Below, piece after piece: positions 37,915 to 47,297 of a DNA stretch of 64,000 bases. Positions within the stretch are counted from its first letter, which is position 1. Each line of letters starts with the position of its first letter. Under the pieces are notes generated by a model. The model made no database searches. It was not told the DNA's origin and was given only the letters and a program-made list of their open reading frames with translations. The translations under genes were made by a program, and so were the position numbers. The stretch spans positions 173,734 through 237,733 of the forward strand of contig JACPTG010000004.1 in the NCBI GenBank assembly GCA_016192905.1, written 5' to 3'. This stretch comes from Candidatus Woesearchaeota archaeon (GTDB lineage Archaea; Nanobdellota; Nanobdellia; Woesearchaeales; UBA10216).

Positions 37915-38142
37915 TCAACCACCCTGAGCAAGACCCAAGATCATAATGGCAACCACAAGACCGAATATGACAAGCGTCTCAGGAATGACAGTCATCAAAA
38001 GGCCCTTTCCAAAGAACTCGTCCTTCTCAGCCATGGCGCCAACAGCTGCAGCCCCAATCTCCTTCTCTGCGAGCGCAGCGCCAATGGCACTCAAGCCAAT
38101 GGCCAGCCCGGCACCAATGGCAACCAAACCAGTCTCAACCAT
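37915..38142 (-). CDS. atpK: A1AO ATP synthase proteolipid subunit K (c)
   Basis: 75 aa, Gly/Ala-rich two-helix hairpin, with the ion-binding Glu in helix 2 (VIPETLVIFGL). Confidence 0.85.
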   Translation of the reverse strand: MVETGLVAIGAGLAIGLSAIGAALAEKEIGAAAVGAMAEKDEFFGKGLLMTVIPETLVIFGLVVAIMILGLAQGG

Positions 38143-39985
38143 GCATCCTCACCTCGCGTTCACCGAATGGCCTGAAAGGCTCAGAGCCACCTTTATAAAA
38201 TTTTGTGAAAAACTCAACATACTCAAGCCTGAGCGAATGAAGAAAAGAGCCGAGAAGCCCAAGCAAAATATTAATCGTATGGCCCAATAAGAGCATAATT
38301 ACCCCGCCCACGACCGCAAAGCCCCCTGCGTGGAACATCTCGCCTGCAAACTCATTGACGATAAGCGCAAGCTGCACAGAAGCAAGGCCCACAGCCATAA
38401 GCCTGGCGTAAGAAAGGATATTGCTAAAAATGCCAATGGACTCAACAAGGGCCTTGACGCCTCCAATGGCGCCCATCCTCAGCTCAGCAAGCACCAGCAT
38501 GAAAACCCCTGCGGCCAACGAGCCTGCTGAGAGGACAACAAAAGGCTGCGGGACCTGAAAAATGCCAAGTGAGGAAAGGATAAAAGGCGCTCCAAGCTGG
38601 ATGAAAACCCAGCTGAACTTCTCCATAAACGCGGCAACAAACCCATGCCTCAGCTCATTCACAAAGCCAAGAGCCAATCCAAGGTTAACGTGCAAGACGC
38701 CAAAAGCAATCGCTGCCAAAAACAGAGCCTGCCTGCCCTCAGCATGCGCCCTACTCAGCAAATGCGGGATTGAAATCCCGAAAAACTGCTCCTCGCCAAA
38801 AAACTCGCCAAAGACAAACCCAAAAACAACTGAAGACAACGCACCGAGCAAAAGCACATCCAAAAGGGCAGCCCTGCCAAGCCTCATCCTCAGCAGGAGA
38901 ACCATGGCAAGGGTAACCAGGCCGTATCCAATGTCGCCAAGCATGAACCCAAAGAAAACAGGGAAAGTAAGAAACACAATCAACGTGGGGTCAATCTCGT
39001 CATAAAGGGGAAGCCCTCTCAAGCCAATCAGAAGCTCAAACGGGCTCGCAGCAGCTACATTATTCAACCGGACCGGGACCTTATCATGAGGGCCAACCTC
39101 CTCACAGGAAACAGAAACCCTGCCTTCGGAAACCCTCTCCAGCCGCTGCCTGACAGTGCCAAAGCCCTGCTCAGGCACAAAGCCAGTCACAACAAAAATG
39201 TTCCTGGACGTGCCAAACCTCAAGGGAGCCTCAGCCTTCTCAAGCTCGGCCGCGACCACCCACTCAGCAGACACGATAAAATCAGCCCACTTCTCCCTAA
39301 GCCTCGCAACGCCAGCAGCTATACCTGACTGCTCTGCCAAAAGCTTCTGCCTCTCAGCCGCAAACCTTTCAATGTGAACCGCAGCAGTGCCCTTCAAGCC
39401 CTCTGGAACAGGAATGTCAGCAAACCCTTCAGAAGCCAAGAACTCCTGGACCTCCCTGGCCTTTGCCGCCTCAACAAAAACAGCCAAAACGCCATCACCC
39501 CTGACAACGGCAACCCTGTCTGAAATACTTCCCAGGCGGGCATCAACAGACTTATCACCAAGCCTTCCAACAAAAACAGAAACAGACCTGCAGGACTTCA
39601 AGTCCTCCAGGCCAATGCCAAGCCCTGCCAGAGAAGACAGCTCTGACTCAAGCTGAGCCAAGGACTTCAACCTTTCTGACAAGGCCTTCTCCTGCCCAGC
39701 GAGCTCTCCAACAGACCTGCTGAGGACATCAAGCTTCTGCCCAGCCTCTGCAATGCCAATCCTCCTTGAAGGCTTCCCAAGCTTAATCCTGAGAAAAGCG
39801 GCAGCGGACCTTGCCGCAACCAAAAGCTCAGAAAGCCTCTCCGCAGACGCAAAGGGCTTCCCAAGCTCAAGCTCAGAAGCCTCGGATATGTGAACAGCCT
39901 TAAGAGCGTAAAGCTCGGCGACAACCTTTTCCATAACTGACTTGGAGCCAACTACCTGAACCTTGACCATCCTCTGAGGCATCAT
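38135..39985 (-). CDS. atpI: A1AO ATP synthase subunit I (a)
   Basis: 616 aa. A soluble N-terminal half plus a polytopic C-terminal half with conserved Arg in TM. Confidence 0.86.
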   Translation of the reverse strand: MMPQRMVKVQVVGSKSVMEKVVAELYALKAVHISEASELELGKPFASAERLSELLVAARSAAAFLRIKLGKPSRRIGIAEAGQKLDVLSRSVGELAGQEKALSERLKSLAQLESELSSLAGLGIGLEDLKSCRSVSVFVGRLGDKSVDARLGSISDRVAVVRGDGVLAVFVEAAKAREVQEFLASEGFADIPVPEGLKGTAAVHIERFAAERQKLLAEQSGIAAGVARLREKWADFIVSAEWVVAAELEKAEAPLRFGTSRNIFVVTGFVPEQGFGTVRQRLERVSEGRVSVSCEEVGPHDKVPVRLNNVAAASPFELLIGLRGLPLYDEIDPTLIVFLTFPVFFGFMLGDIGYGLVTLAMVLLLRMRLGRAALLDVLLLGALSSVVFGFVFGEFFGEEQFFGISIPHLLSRAHAEGRQALFLAAIAFGVLHVNLGLALGFVNELRHGFVAAFMEKFSWVFIQLGAPFILSSLGIFQVPQPFVVLSAGSLAAGVFMLVLAELRMGAIGGVKALVESIGIFSNILSYARLMAVGLASVQLALIVNEFAGEMFHAGGFAVVGGVIMLLLGHTINILLGLLGSFLHSLRLEYVEFFTKFYKGGSEPFRPFGEREVRMHG

Positions 39986-40296
39986 TTCACAAACTCCCCA
40001 AAAGACTCAAGAACGTGCGCAACAGCCTTTTCCTTCCTCCTCTGGCCTGCCTTAAACACCTCTGCGGCCCTGAGCCTTCCATCCTCAAGCAGCTTTTCCC
40101 TCAAAACAGATACCTTTTCACGGCCCTGGGCCAGAATTTTTTCCGCGGAAATGCGGGCTTCCTTTTCCCTGATTGAAATTATCCTCGCAGAATTAGACCT
40201 CGCAGAAGATACAACCTCCTGCGCCCTCTTCCTGGCAGACTCAACAATCTCATCCGCCTCACTCTCAGCCTTCCTTATCTCCTCAATAACCTTCAT
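39982..40296 (-). CDS. atpH: A1AO ATP synthase subunit H
   Basis: Start at internal MKVIEEIRKAESEADEIVESARKRAQE. The upstream ATG at 40326 would lie inside the RNase P RNA. Confidence 0.72.
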   Translation of the reverse strand: MKVIEEIRKAESEADEIVESARKRAQEVVSSARSNSARIISIREKEARISAEKILAQGREKVSVLREKLLEDGRLRAAEVFKAGQRRKEKAVAHVLESFGEFVK

Positions 40297-40299
40297 TTT

Positions 40300-40656
40300 A
40301 AAAGTGCGGGGGCAAGAATAAGCCACCTTCTGTCATGCCCGATGGCAGCACAGGCTGCCGATGGCACGCCTCAACATTCGACTAAGCGTCAAAGACTTGC
40401 ACCGGCCAGGACTCGCCGTTTCACCGTATCCCAGGGGAAATGTCTGCAGGTTAACTCTCCCATATCCTCGCGGAGGGATTCTCAGCATCATCCTAACCCA
40501 TGGGCCGTGCCGTTTCTGAGCGGTTGCCTTCCCTTTCAGGAACTCCCTGACAGGAGTGGCCATGTTTCAGCTCGCCTTTGCACAAGGCTCGCGTCGGTGG
40601 GTGGACTTTCCTCAGCGAAAAAACCGCCGGAGTCAAGCTCCTGCCCCGCACAACAC
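40300..40656 (-). ncRNA. rnpB: RNase P RNA (archaeal type A)
   Basis: On the minus strand: CR-I GAGGAAAGUCCACC. CR-V ACAGAAGGUGGCUUA, giving a P4 helix with a bulged U. GGUGAAACGGCG. P1 pairing GUGCGGGGCA/UGCCCCCGCAC. TATA (ttttaaat) about 27 nt upstream. No credible ORF. Confidence 0.7.
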
Positions 40657-40859
40657 CTGGACAAAAAGGAGATTTAAAAAGGTTTTGGCAGGCAAGTTAG
40701 CAGTCGGCGGTTGCATTCATGCTTAAAACTCAGCCGTATAAACCTTTATATACCGCGGCATTTCCCACAGTGCATTGCCTAGCCATTCACAATAATGGCG
40801 CTTGCAGTGGGCTATAAAACCTGCACATTGGCTTCTTGTCAGATGTGCTTAGATAAAAA

Positions 40860-41462
40860 ATGACTACAGCTGGAAATTTTTTGGTCCCCCAGGAGCAGTA
40901 CCTGAAGGCAGGAATCCACATAGGCACGAAATTCAGGACAAGGTACATGGAGCAGTTCATCTACAAGACAAGGCCTGACGGGCTCAGCGTGCTAAACCTC
41001 CAGAAAATTGACGAGAGGATAAGGCTGGCCATAGGCCTGCTTTCCGTTTACGCCCCTGAGGATATTCTTGTCGTCAGCAGGAGGGAGAATGGATGGAAGG
41101 CTGTGAAGATGCTGAACAGGGTTACAGGCATGCGCATAATCGCAGGCCGCTACCTTCCAGGCATCCTCACAAACCCAAAGCTTGAGAAGTACATGGAGGT
41201 CAAGGCTGTCCTGGTCACTGACGCCTGGCCTGACAGGAATGTCATTGGCGACGCTGTCAAGATAGGGATTCCGGTCATAGCCCTCTGCGACACCAACAAC
41301 CAGGCAAACAACATTGACCTGGTCGTGCCCTGCAACAACAAGGGAAAGAAGAGCCTCGGGCTCCTGTTCTGGATAATTGCGCTTGAGTACCTGAAGAAAA
41401 GGGGAACTATTCAGTCCGATTCTGAGTTTAAGGCGGTCATTGAGGACTTCACCGACGAATAA
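40860..41462 (+). CDS. rps2: 30S ribosomal protein S2
   Basis: 200 aa. …GIHIGTKFRTRYMEQFIY… is the archaeal S2 family pattern. Confidence 0.92.
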   Translation: MTTAGNFLVPQEQYLKAGIHIGTKFRTRYMEQFIYKTRPDGLSVLNLQKIDERIRLAIGLLSVYAPEDILVVSRRENGWKAVKMLNRVTGMRIIAGRYLPGILTNPKLEKYMEVKAVLVTDAWPDRNVIGDAVKIGIPVIALCDTNNQANNIDLVVPCNNKGKKSLGLLFWIIALEYLKKRGTIQSDSEFKAVIEDFTDE

Positions 41463-41655
41463 TCATCCCAGGTCTTCGTCATACCCTGCCATGAAAGCCT
41501 CTTCCTGCGGGCTGAGCTCATCATCCTCAAGCATCTGCTCTGCCCTGCCTGCCTCGTAAATGTCCTGCTCGGAGTCTTCCATTGCGCATCACCTGTCAAG
41601 GTGTACGCAAGCTTAATATATACTTAACCACTATAGAATATATGGCATATAAACT

Positions 41656-42594
41656 TTGGGGGTTATAATGGATGTAAGGAAAATCGTGAGCTTCGGCAAC
41701 TCGTCATTCGTAATTTCGCTACCAAAAAAGTGGGTTATAAGCCACGGGCTCAAGAAGGGCGACAGCGTCTATGTTGACGAGCGCAATTCCGAGCTGATCG
41801 TCTCAGGGGCTGAGAAGACCAAAAAGGCGCCAAGCCATGCCGTAATCAGCGCCGAGGGCAAGTCGCTTGCCGAGCTGAAGACAGAGATTTTTGCAGCTTA
41901 CGTCAACAATTACAGCATGGTTTCCATATCCGGCGGGAACGTAAAGGACATTTCGCCAGACATCAAGAGGATAATCCATGGCCTTGTCGGCATGGAGGTT
42001 GTCGAGGAGACGGCTTCAAGCATTGTCGTAAAGGACCTCATGGACCTGAGCGAGGTATCAATCGACAGCCTTGTGAGGAGGATGGACATCCTCCTGAAAT
42101 CAATGCTTGAGGACTCGGCCCAGCCTGACAGGAAGGAGAGCGTGAGCGAGCGGGACAAGGAAGTGAACCGCTTGGCACTCCTTTCAGCCAGGATTTTCAA
42201 GGCAGTGACCGAAAACCCCGGCCTGCTCAGGATTTTCGGCAACAGCTACTGGGACATGTACATCGCAAGGCAGGTCGCATTCCAGCTTGAGCATATAGGG
42301 GATAATGTCAAGAGGGCTTCAAGGCAGCTTGGCAGGAAGGGCAATGAAGACCTGAGGAGGATTTTCAGCCAGCTCAGGTCACGTTACCTGGAAGTGATGA
42401 AGGTTTACTATACAAAGGACAAGGAAGCCGCATATAGGCTTGAGTCTGACACGCGGAAGTTCCTCCACGCCTGCGACAAGCTGATTGAAAAAAACAGGGA
42501 TGTCACATCCACAAGGATTATCGACAACCTCAACGGAATGTCAAAGGCCATGATGTACATACTGAGGACGGTAATGGAAAGCGGGTCGGCGTAG
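41656..42594 (+). CDS. PhoU-domain protein with N-terminal AbrB/SpoVT swapped-hairpin domain
   Basis: 312 aa. VRKIVSFGNSSFVISLPKKWVISHGLKKGDSVYV is the AbrB-like part, followed by PhoU-like helical repeats. A paralog lies at 56927..57862. Confidence 0.72.
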   Translation: MGVIMDVRKIVSFGNSSFVISLPKKWVISHGLKKGDSVYVDERNSELIVSGAEKTKKAPSHAVISAEGKSLAELKTEIFAAYVNNYSMVSISGGNVKDISPDIKRIIHGLVGMEVVEETASSIVVKDLMDLSEVSIDSLVRRMDILLKSMLEDSAQPDRKESVSERDKEVNRLALLSARIFKAVTENPGLLRIFGNSYWDMYIARQVAFQLEHIGDNVKRASRQLGRKGNEDLRRIFSQLRSRYLEVMKVYYTKDKEAAYRLESDTRKFLHACDKLIEKNRDVTSTRIIDNLNGMSKAMMYILRTVMESGSA

Positions 42595-42636
42595 ATAAAG
42601 TCAGCATACCAGGCCTTTGTTTCAAATCAAAATTTT

Positions 42637-43323
42637 TCAGAATAGCCTGAAACCCTTCTCCTGCACTTCCTCAAATCCGGCGCCGGTGATTTCATACACC
42701 AGTTCCCTCTGCGGAATGTGCCTGTGCCTCTGAAGTATGGCCAGCCTCTTGCTTGAGTGAAGCTGCCTAAGCTCTATCAGGCACTTGCTGCTGTACGTTA
42801 TAATGTCCCCGCCAACCATCCTTATCCCTTTCTTGCCTTCAAAGTCAGAATAAACCTGATTTGTGACTATAACCGGTATTGCCTTTGTACGCGCAAGCCC
42901 GACCAAAGCCGCAACCTGCCTGCCCAGCTCCCTGTTAAGCTCAGAGTTATCCGAAGTCCTCTGCGCCCTGTACAGGGAGGTTATTGTATCAACCACCACG
43001 AGCCCAACCTTCTCAGTCGCCAGGCTACCCAGCTTCTCCAGGCATTTCTTCTGCTCATCGAAACTTGCAGGGCGGAGAAAGAGTATCCTTTCCATCACTG
43101 AATTGTCATTGCCTGCCAGCTGACGCAGCCTTGTCACCGAGAGCCCGCCTTCTGTGTCCACAAAAATAGCCTTCCTGCCCTGGCGCGCTGAATTGATGCA
43201 GGCAAGAAGGCAGGCAGTTGTCTTTCCAGTACCGGCCGGCCCATAGATTGTAGTGACAGCATCGCTTTCATACCCTCCCTCAAGCAGCCTGTCAAGAACA
43301 GCAGTGCCTGTCCCGAGCTTTTC
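42637..43323 (-). CDS. radB: DNA repair/recombination protein RadB
   Basis: Start at MEKLGTGTAVLDRLLEGG. Walker A is GPAGTGKT. About 230 aa, the size of RadB. Confidence 0.8.
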   Translation of the reverse strand, partial: EKLGTGTAVLDRLLEGGYESDAVTTIYGPAGTGKTTACLLACINSARQGRKAIFVDTEGGLSVTRLRQLAGNDNSVMERILFLRPASFDEQKKCLEKLGSLATEKVGLVVVDTITSLYRAQRTSDNSELNRELGRQVAALVGLARTKAIPVIVTNQVYSDFEGKKGIRMVGGDIITYSSKCLIELRQLHSSKRLAILQRHRHIPQRELVYEITGAGFEEVQEKGFRLF

Positions 43324-43405
43324 CATAGATTGCCGTGCTTTCACGGTGTTTTTAAAGTGTTTGCACAAGAATTTAGCAATAGCAGAACTCGCAGTTCCTT
43401 AACCG

Positions 43406-43834
43406 TCATCGCTTTTTTGCGTGGATATGCCTCTCATACGCCTTCTTCGTAAGCGAATCAGCCTCTGAATTCTCCTCCCGTGGAATCCACTGGAATTTTA
43501 CATTCTTCCCTTCAAGCATGCGCCTGATGATGGGAGCATACTTCCTTGCAGTCTCTGAAATGAGCTTGTACTCGCCGGCCATCTGCCTGGCAACCAGCTG
43601 GCTGTCCCCCCTGATAGTGATATCTTTTTCCCCGGGATAGCTCTTCAGGACAAAATCAACAGCATGCAGAATGCCGTTGTATTCGGCAACGTTGTTTGTC
43701 ATGCCCTTCCCCTCACCCACAACGCCTTGCCCCTCCCCAAGCTTTTTGCCAGCCCTATAAACAACAAAGCCGTAGGTTGCAACGCCGCCGGGGTTGATTG
43801 GCGCGCAAAGGCCGTCAAAGAAAATCTCAATCAT
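43406..43834 (-). CDS. rnhA: ribonuclease HI (type 1 RNase H)
   Basis: Start at MIEIFFDGLC. Motifs DG…NNVAEYNGILHAVDFVL…IRGDSQLVARQ…IPREENSEADSL carry the DEDD catalytic residues. Confidence 0.78.
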   Translation of the reverse strand: MIEIFFDGLCAPINPGGVATYGFVVYRAGKKLGEGQGVVGEGKGMTNNVAEYNGILHAVDFVLKSYPGEKDITIRGDSQLVARQMAGEYKLISETARKYAPIIRRMLEGKNVKFQWIPREENSEADSLTKKAYERHIHAKKR

Positions 43835-44360
43835 CAGCGCCAAACACCTCCACATCCCTGTAAACAGGGCCCTTTGCGGCCTGAAGAATGCTCTGCTTAA
43901 GGCTGAAGCTGCCAACCTGGAATTCAAGCCTGTTTACGGATATTCTTTTCATGACCTCCAGAAAATGTGCCCTGTCACTAATATACTTTGCCCTGGCGAG
44001 GGTTATGTGCGGGCTGAACCCGTGGTCATCAGGGTATTCGCTGCCGATGCAATCATCAACTGACCTGTGCAAATCAAGGAAACCCTTTTCTGGACTAACC
44101 CCCACCCAGACAACCCTCATGTTCTTTTCAGAGGGGAAAACGCCGAGGTCTGAAAGCGAGGCTGAAAACCTTCTGAAACCCGCTTTCCGCAGTTCCGCCC
44201 TGACCCATTCAGCCTTATCCTGCGTCACCTCGCCGAGAAACTTCAGGGTAAGGTGAAAATTTTTTGCAAGGCTAAGCTTTTCCTCTGGAAGAAGGGACTG
44301 AATCCTTGACAACTCTTCCAAAACCGGCCCCGGAAGATCAACCGCGATAAACAATCTCAT
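43827..44360 (-). CDS. thpR: RNA 2',3'-cyclic phosphodiesterase (2H phosphoesterase, LigT/ThpR)
   Basis: Start at MRLFIAVDLPG. Two H-x-T-x motifs are present (HLTLKFLG, HITLAR). Confidence 0.8.
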   Translation of the reverse strand: MRLFIAVDLPGPVLEELSRIQSLLPEEKLSLAKNFHLTLKFLGEVTQDKAEWVRAELRKAGFRRFSASLSDLGVFPSEKNMRVVWVGVSPEKGFLDLHRSVDDCIGSEYPDDHGFSPHITLARAKYISDRAHFLEVMKRISVNRLEFQVGSFSLKQSILQAAKGPVYRDVEVFGADD

Positions 44361-44412
44361 ATGTGCTGCCAGTTTTAGCAATTCTTAAATACTTGCCTAT
44401 GTTTAACTGCCC

Positions 44413-44622
44413 ATGGCAAGAAAATTTACAGTAATCATCGAAAAGGACAGGAAAGGATTGTTAGTTTCTGAGGTTCTTGGGCTGCCCGGGTGCCATACCC
44501 AGGGTAAAGACATGGAACAGTTAATGGAAAGGACCAAGGAGGCAATACAGGCTTACCTTGAATCCGAAGAGGATATTGAGATATCAGAAGAATTTGTGGG
44601 TGTAAAGCAAATAGTGGTTTAA
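44413..44622 (+). CDS. hicB: HicB-family antitoxin (UPF0150)
   Basis: 69 aa. …VIIEKDRKGLLVSEVLGLPGCHTQGKDMEQLMERTKEAIQAYLE is the canonical HicB N-domain. Confidence 0.7.
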   Translation: MARKFTVIIEKDRKGLLVSEVLGLPGCHTQGKDMEQLMERTKEAIQAYLESEEDIEISEEFVGVKQIVV

Positions 44623-44709
44623 TGCCCAAGCTGCCAATTCTCACAGGAAGATGGAAGGAAAACTGTGGTTCCCTGCCATGCACAGGAAGACCTAGAGCTT
44701 ATAAAATGA
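44622..44709 (+). pseudogene. hicA: hicA toxin remnant (internally deleted and frameshifted)
   Basis: Frame 1 reads MPKLPILTGR (the HicA N-terminus). The +1 frame reads EDGRKTVVPCHAQEDLELIK* (the HicA mid/C-terminus). The central dsRBD-like segment is missing. Confidence 0.5.
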
Positions 44710-44742
44710 GAAGGTCAGCTGCAATGAAAAGCCTCGAAGAGA

Positions 44743-45087
44743 CTACTTCTCCTCCTCACCGAAGTCCTCACTGTCCTCAGTGTCCTCTTCAGACTCGTCC
44801 CCTGGCTCATCAGATTCCTCAACTTCCTCGTCTGATTCCCCTTCAGACTCCTCTTCCTTTTTGGACTCTGACTTTCCAATGACCTCAGCGAAGCCGACGC
44901 TCTTAAGAACCTTTGTCACGCGAATCCTGACCCTGTCACCCTTGTGAGTGTCAGGAACAAAAAGCACAAACCCCTCCTTCTTGGCAATGCCATCGCCCTT
45001 CTCACCGACAGCCTCAATAACAGTCTCCATCTCGTCGCCCACCTTGACCGGCGTAGGCTTTGGCCTGAAACCCTTTTCTGAATTCAT
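44743..45087 (-). CDS. TRAM-domain protein with acidic C-terminal tail
   Basis: 114 aa. PVKVGDEMETVIEAVGEKGDGIAKKEGFVLFVPDTHKGDRVRIRVTKV is a TRAM OB-fold, followed by an E/D-rich tail. Confidence 0.8.
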   Translation of the reverse strand: MNSEKGFRPKPTPVKVGDEMETVIEAVGEKGDGIAKKEGFVLFVPDTHKGDRVRIRVTKVLKSVGFAEVIGKSESKKEEESEGESDEEVEESDEPGDESEEDTEDSEDFGEEEK

Positions 45088-45203
45088 GTACGTTTCCTCC
45101 GAACAAATTTTTACAATACAGATTTGAAATTCATTATATAAATGTTTCTACTCCCCAGGCGCATTCGGCAATGTTTTTATAGCCGCCACGCTGACACAGC
45201 GCC

Positions 45204-45758
45204 ATGTCTGACTTTGACATAGGGTATGCCTATTACCTGCATGACAAGCAGATAGAGGCTGAGGACGCCAGGGCGAACGGCACTATCCTCATAAGGACAG
45301 GGGTAATTTTAATCCTCTTTTCCATGTCAATCGCAGCACTGGCCCGGAAGCCCGAGGCATTGCTGCTTTCAGCGCTGGGCTTCGCGGCCATAATGATGGG
45401 CGTCCAGAGGCATGCGGCAACGAAGAAGCTGCATGAGGGCGAGATTAAACGGAATCAGAGAATGAACATTGAGCTGCATCACACTCCTATCAAGCCCCAT
45501 CAACTTATTGCAAAGCCTTCGATACTGAGGGAAAGGCTGGCAAGGAAATTCTCAGAAAGCCTGTCTGAACACCATGCAGAAAAGGAGGCCATAACAGAAA
45601 TAATCAGGCAGAACTCGGGAAGTGACATAAACTCGGTCTACAAAATATACAGGCTCCAGGGCGGCAAGGCCGACCCGGAGCACTTTGTAAAGCTGCTGCA
45701 CAGCTTAAAGAGGCACGGCCATGTGCAGGTCAGGCACCTAAACGTCCCTGATTCCTGA
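45204..45758 (+). CDS. hypothetical membrane protein (2 TM)
   Basis: 184 aa. No motif recognised. Confidence 0.4.
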   Translation: MSDFDIGYAYYLHDKQIEAEDARANGTILIRTGVILILFSMSIAALARKPEALLLSALGFAAIMMGVQRHAATKKLHEGEIKRNQRMNIELHHTPIKPHQLIAKPSILRERLARKFSESLSEHHAEKEAITEIIRQNSGSDINSVYKIYRLQGGKADPEHFVKLLHSLKRHGHVQVRHLNVPDS

Positions 45759-46736
45759 CTCGTCCACAAAAAACATCGCCTCAGCCTCAGGAAGATTCGG
45801 GCTGTCAACAAGCTTTGCCACCCGGCTGCCCTTCTTTCCCCTCCTGAGATACATCCTGTATGTGCTGTTATGGCTGACAACATGTCCGCCAATGGCCTCA
45901 GTGGGGTCCCCAAAAAAGACATCAGGCCTGGCCATCACCTGATTCGTGACATAGACGCACAGATTGTAGGTGGTGGCAAGCCGCATCAGGGAATGCATGT
46001 GCTTGTTAAGCTTCTGCTGCCTCTCAGCAAGAGTGCCCCTGCCAATGAACTCTGCCCTGAAATGCGCGGTAAGGGAGTCCACCACCACGAGCTTTACATT
46101 CAGCCCCTTCTTGATAAGGTCCTCAACCTTCTCGGCAAGGAGCATCTGATGGTCTGAGTTGAAAGCCCGCGCAACCCTGATGTTCCTAAGGACCTTATCA
46201 GGGTCCATTCCTGGAAGGATGAGCTGCTTTATCCTCTCTGGCCTGAATGTTGACTCGGTGTCTATGAAGACTGCAACGTTCTCAGGGTTGTCCCTCTGGA
46301 CATTAACGCAGAGAGTGTGGGCCAGCTGTGACTTGCCTGCGCCATAAGCCCCGAACGCCTCTGTAATCGCGCCTGACTCAAAGCCGCCGCCCAGAAGATT
46401 ATTCAGCGCGCTGCTTTTTGTCGTAATCTTGTAAATTCCCTCCCTCCTCTTCAATACCTCGTCAGCGCTTTCAAAGCCCATCTCCATCTTTTCCCTGGCA
46501 GACTGGATTATCCTCCTTGCAGCCTGCTCGGTCACGCCAGCCATGTCCACAATCTCCCCAGGGGTTGCGACTGCAACAGAAAGAAGCGTGTCAAATCCTG
46601 AAGCAGCAAGCTTCTCAGCAGTGGCAGCGCCCACGCCAGGCAGCTGGGTAAGCTCAGCGCCCCTGAAAGCCAGCCCTGCAACCGGCTCATCAACTTCCTC
46701 AGATTCCATAACCAGCTCCGCTCTTTTTTTCATCAC
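45738..46736 (-). CDS. radA: DNA repair and recombination protein RadA
   Basis: 332 aa. HhH N-domain (LPGVGAATAEKL). Walker A GAYGAGKSQL. …VDSLTAHFRAEF…. Confidence 0.92.
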   Translation of the reverse strand: MMKKRAELVMESEEVDEPVAGLAFRGAELTQLPGVGAATAEKLAASGFDTLLSVAVATPGEIVDMAGVTEQAARRIIQSAREKMEMGFESADEVLKRREGIYKITTKSSALNNLLGGGFESGAITEAFGAYGAGKSQLAHTLCVNVQRDNPENVAVFIDTESTFRPERIKQLILPGMDPDKVLRNIRVARAFNSDHQMLLAEKVEDLIKKGLNVKLVVVDSLTAHFRAEFIGRGTLAERQQKLNKHMHSLMRLATTYNLCVYVTNQVMARPDVFFGDPTEAIGGHVVSHNSTYRMYLRRGKKGSRVAKLVDSPNLPEAEAMFFVDESGIRDV

Positions 46737-46759
46737 GCATCACCATTTTTCAAAAGAGG

Positions 46760-47038
46760 TCAAATGACCTCCTCCATAACAATCTCCTCCTGCGCACCAT
46801 CATCCCTGCTTACAAGGTAGTCAAACGCCTTGGTAAGCACAAGCACTGCCTTGGGAAGGTCGTTAACACGCAGCGAGCCCGTGGACTTCCACGTGTCCTT
46901 GTCCTTATAGCTGCGCTCAACCTGCACAGAGGCATAGCTTCCCTTTTCTGTCACATTCCGCCAGATTACCGCAGAAACAGGGCCTGCCCTGAACTTCTTC
47001 TCAGGCCTTTGCCTAGCCAACTTATTAACGATTTCCAT
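46760..47038 (-). CDS. hypothetical small protein
   Basis: 92 aa. The promoter GCAAAGTATTTAAA and an SD (GGAGGAGG) lie upstream. Confidence 0.4.
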   Translation of the reverse strand: MEIVNKLARQRPEKKFRAGPVSAVIWRNVTEKGSYASVQVERSYKDKDTWKSTGSLRVNDLPKAVLVLTKAFDYLVSRDDGAQEEIVMEEVI

Positions 47039-47261
47039 CTTACCTCCTCCTTCCTGTTCGGGTCTTGTTTCAACCTCTCAGCTAACGCCTTGAGGCGGAG
47101 TAAGAAGACTATCAGCATGCTGGGTTTAAATACTTTGCCCGGGCCTGTCCAGTGTCCAGTGGGTTATTGGCCATATGGTTCTGTATAGGGAGTTATGCTG
47201 ATTACCGTAATTATAACGAAAAAAATGAAGAATAAAGTTTGAATAAATAACCCCCAGGATA

Positions 47262-47285
47262 ACCCCCACCCAGGTGGGAGGCCTC
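47262..47285 (-). terminator. stem-loop (CCCACC-cagg-GGUGGG) followed on the minus strand by a T-rich tract, downstream of rpa
   Basis: rc reads cccacctgggtggg-ggttatcctggggg-ttatttattcaaactttattcttcatttttttcg. Confidence 0.35.
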
Positions 47286-47297
47286 AAAAGACCTGCA

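Noticed and set aside
40333-40677. ORF-track proteins 40333..40563 (-) and 40342..40677 (+)
   Set aside because: They overlap the RNase P RNA (CR-I, CR-V and P4 motifs are present) and have no protein-like features. Treated as artefacts of ORF calling over a structured ncRNA.
41466-41585. 39-aa acidic minus-strand ORF (MEDSEQDIYEAGRAEQMLEDDELSPQEEAFMAGYDEDLG) downstream of rps2
   Set aside because: It is below the size cutoff, has no RBS, and matches no recognisable family. Kept only as a note.
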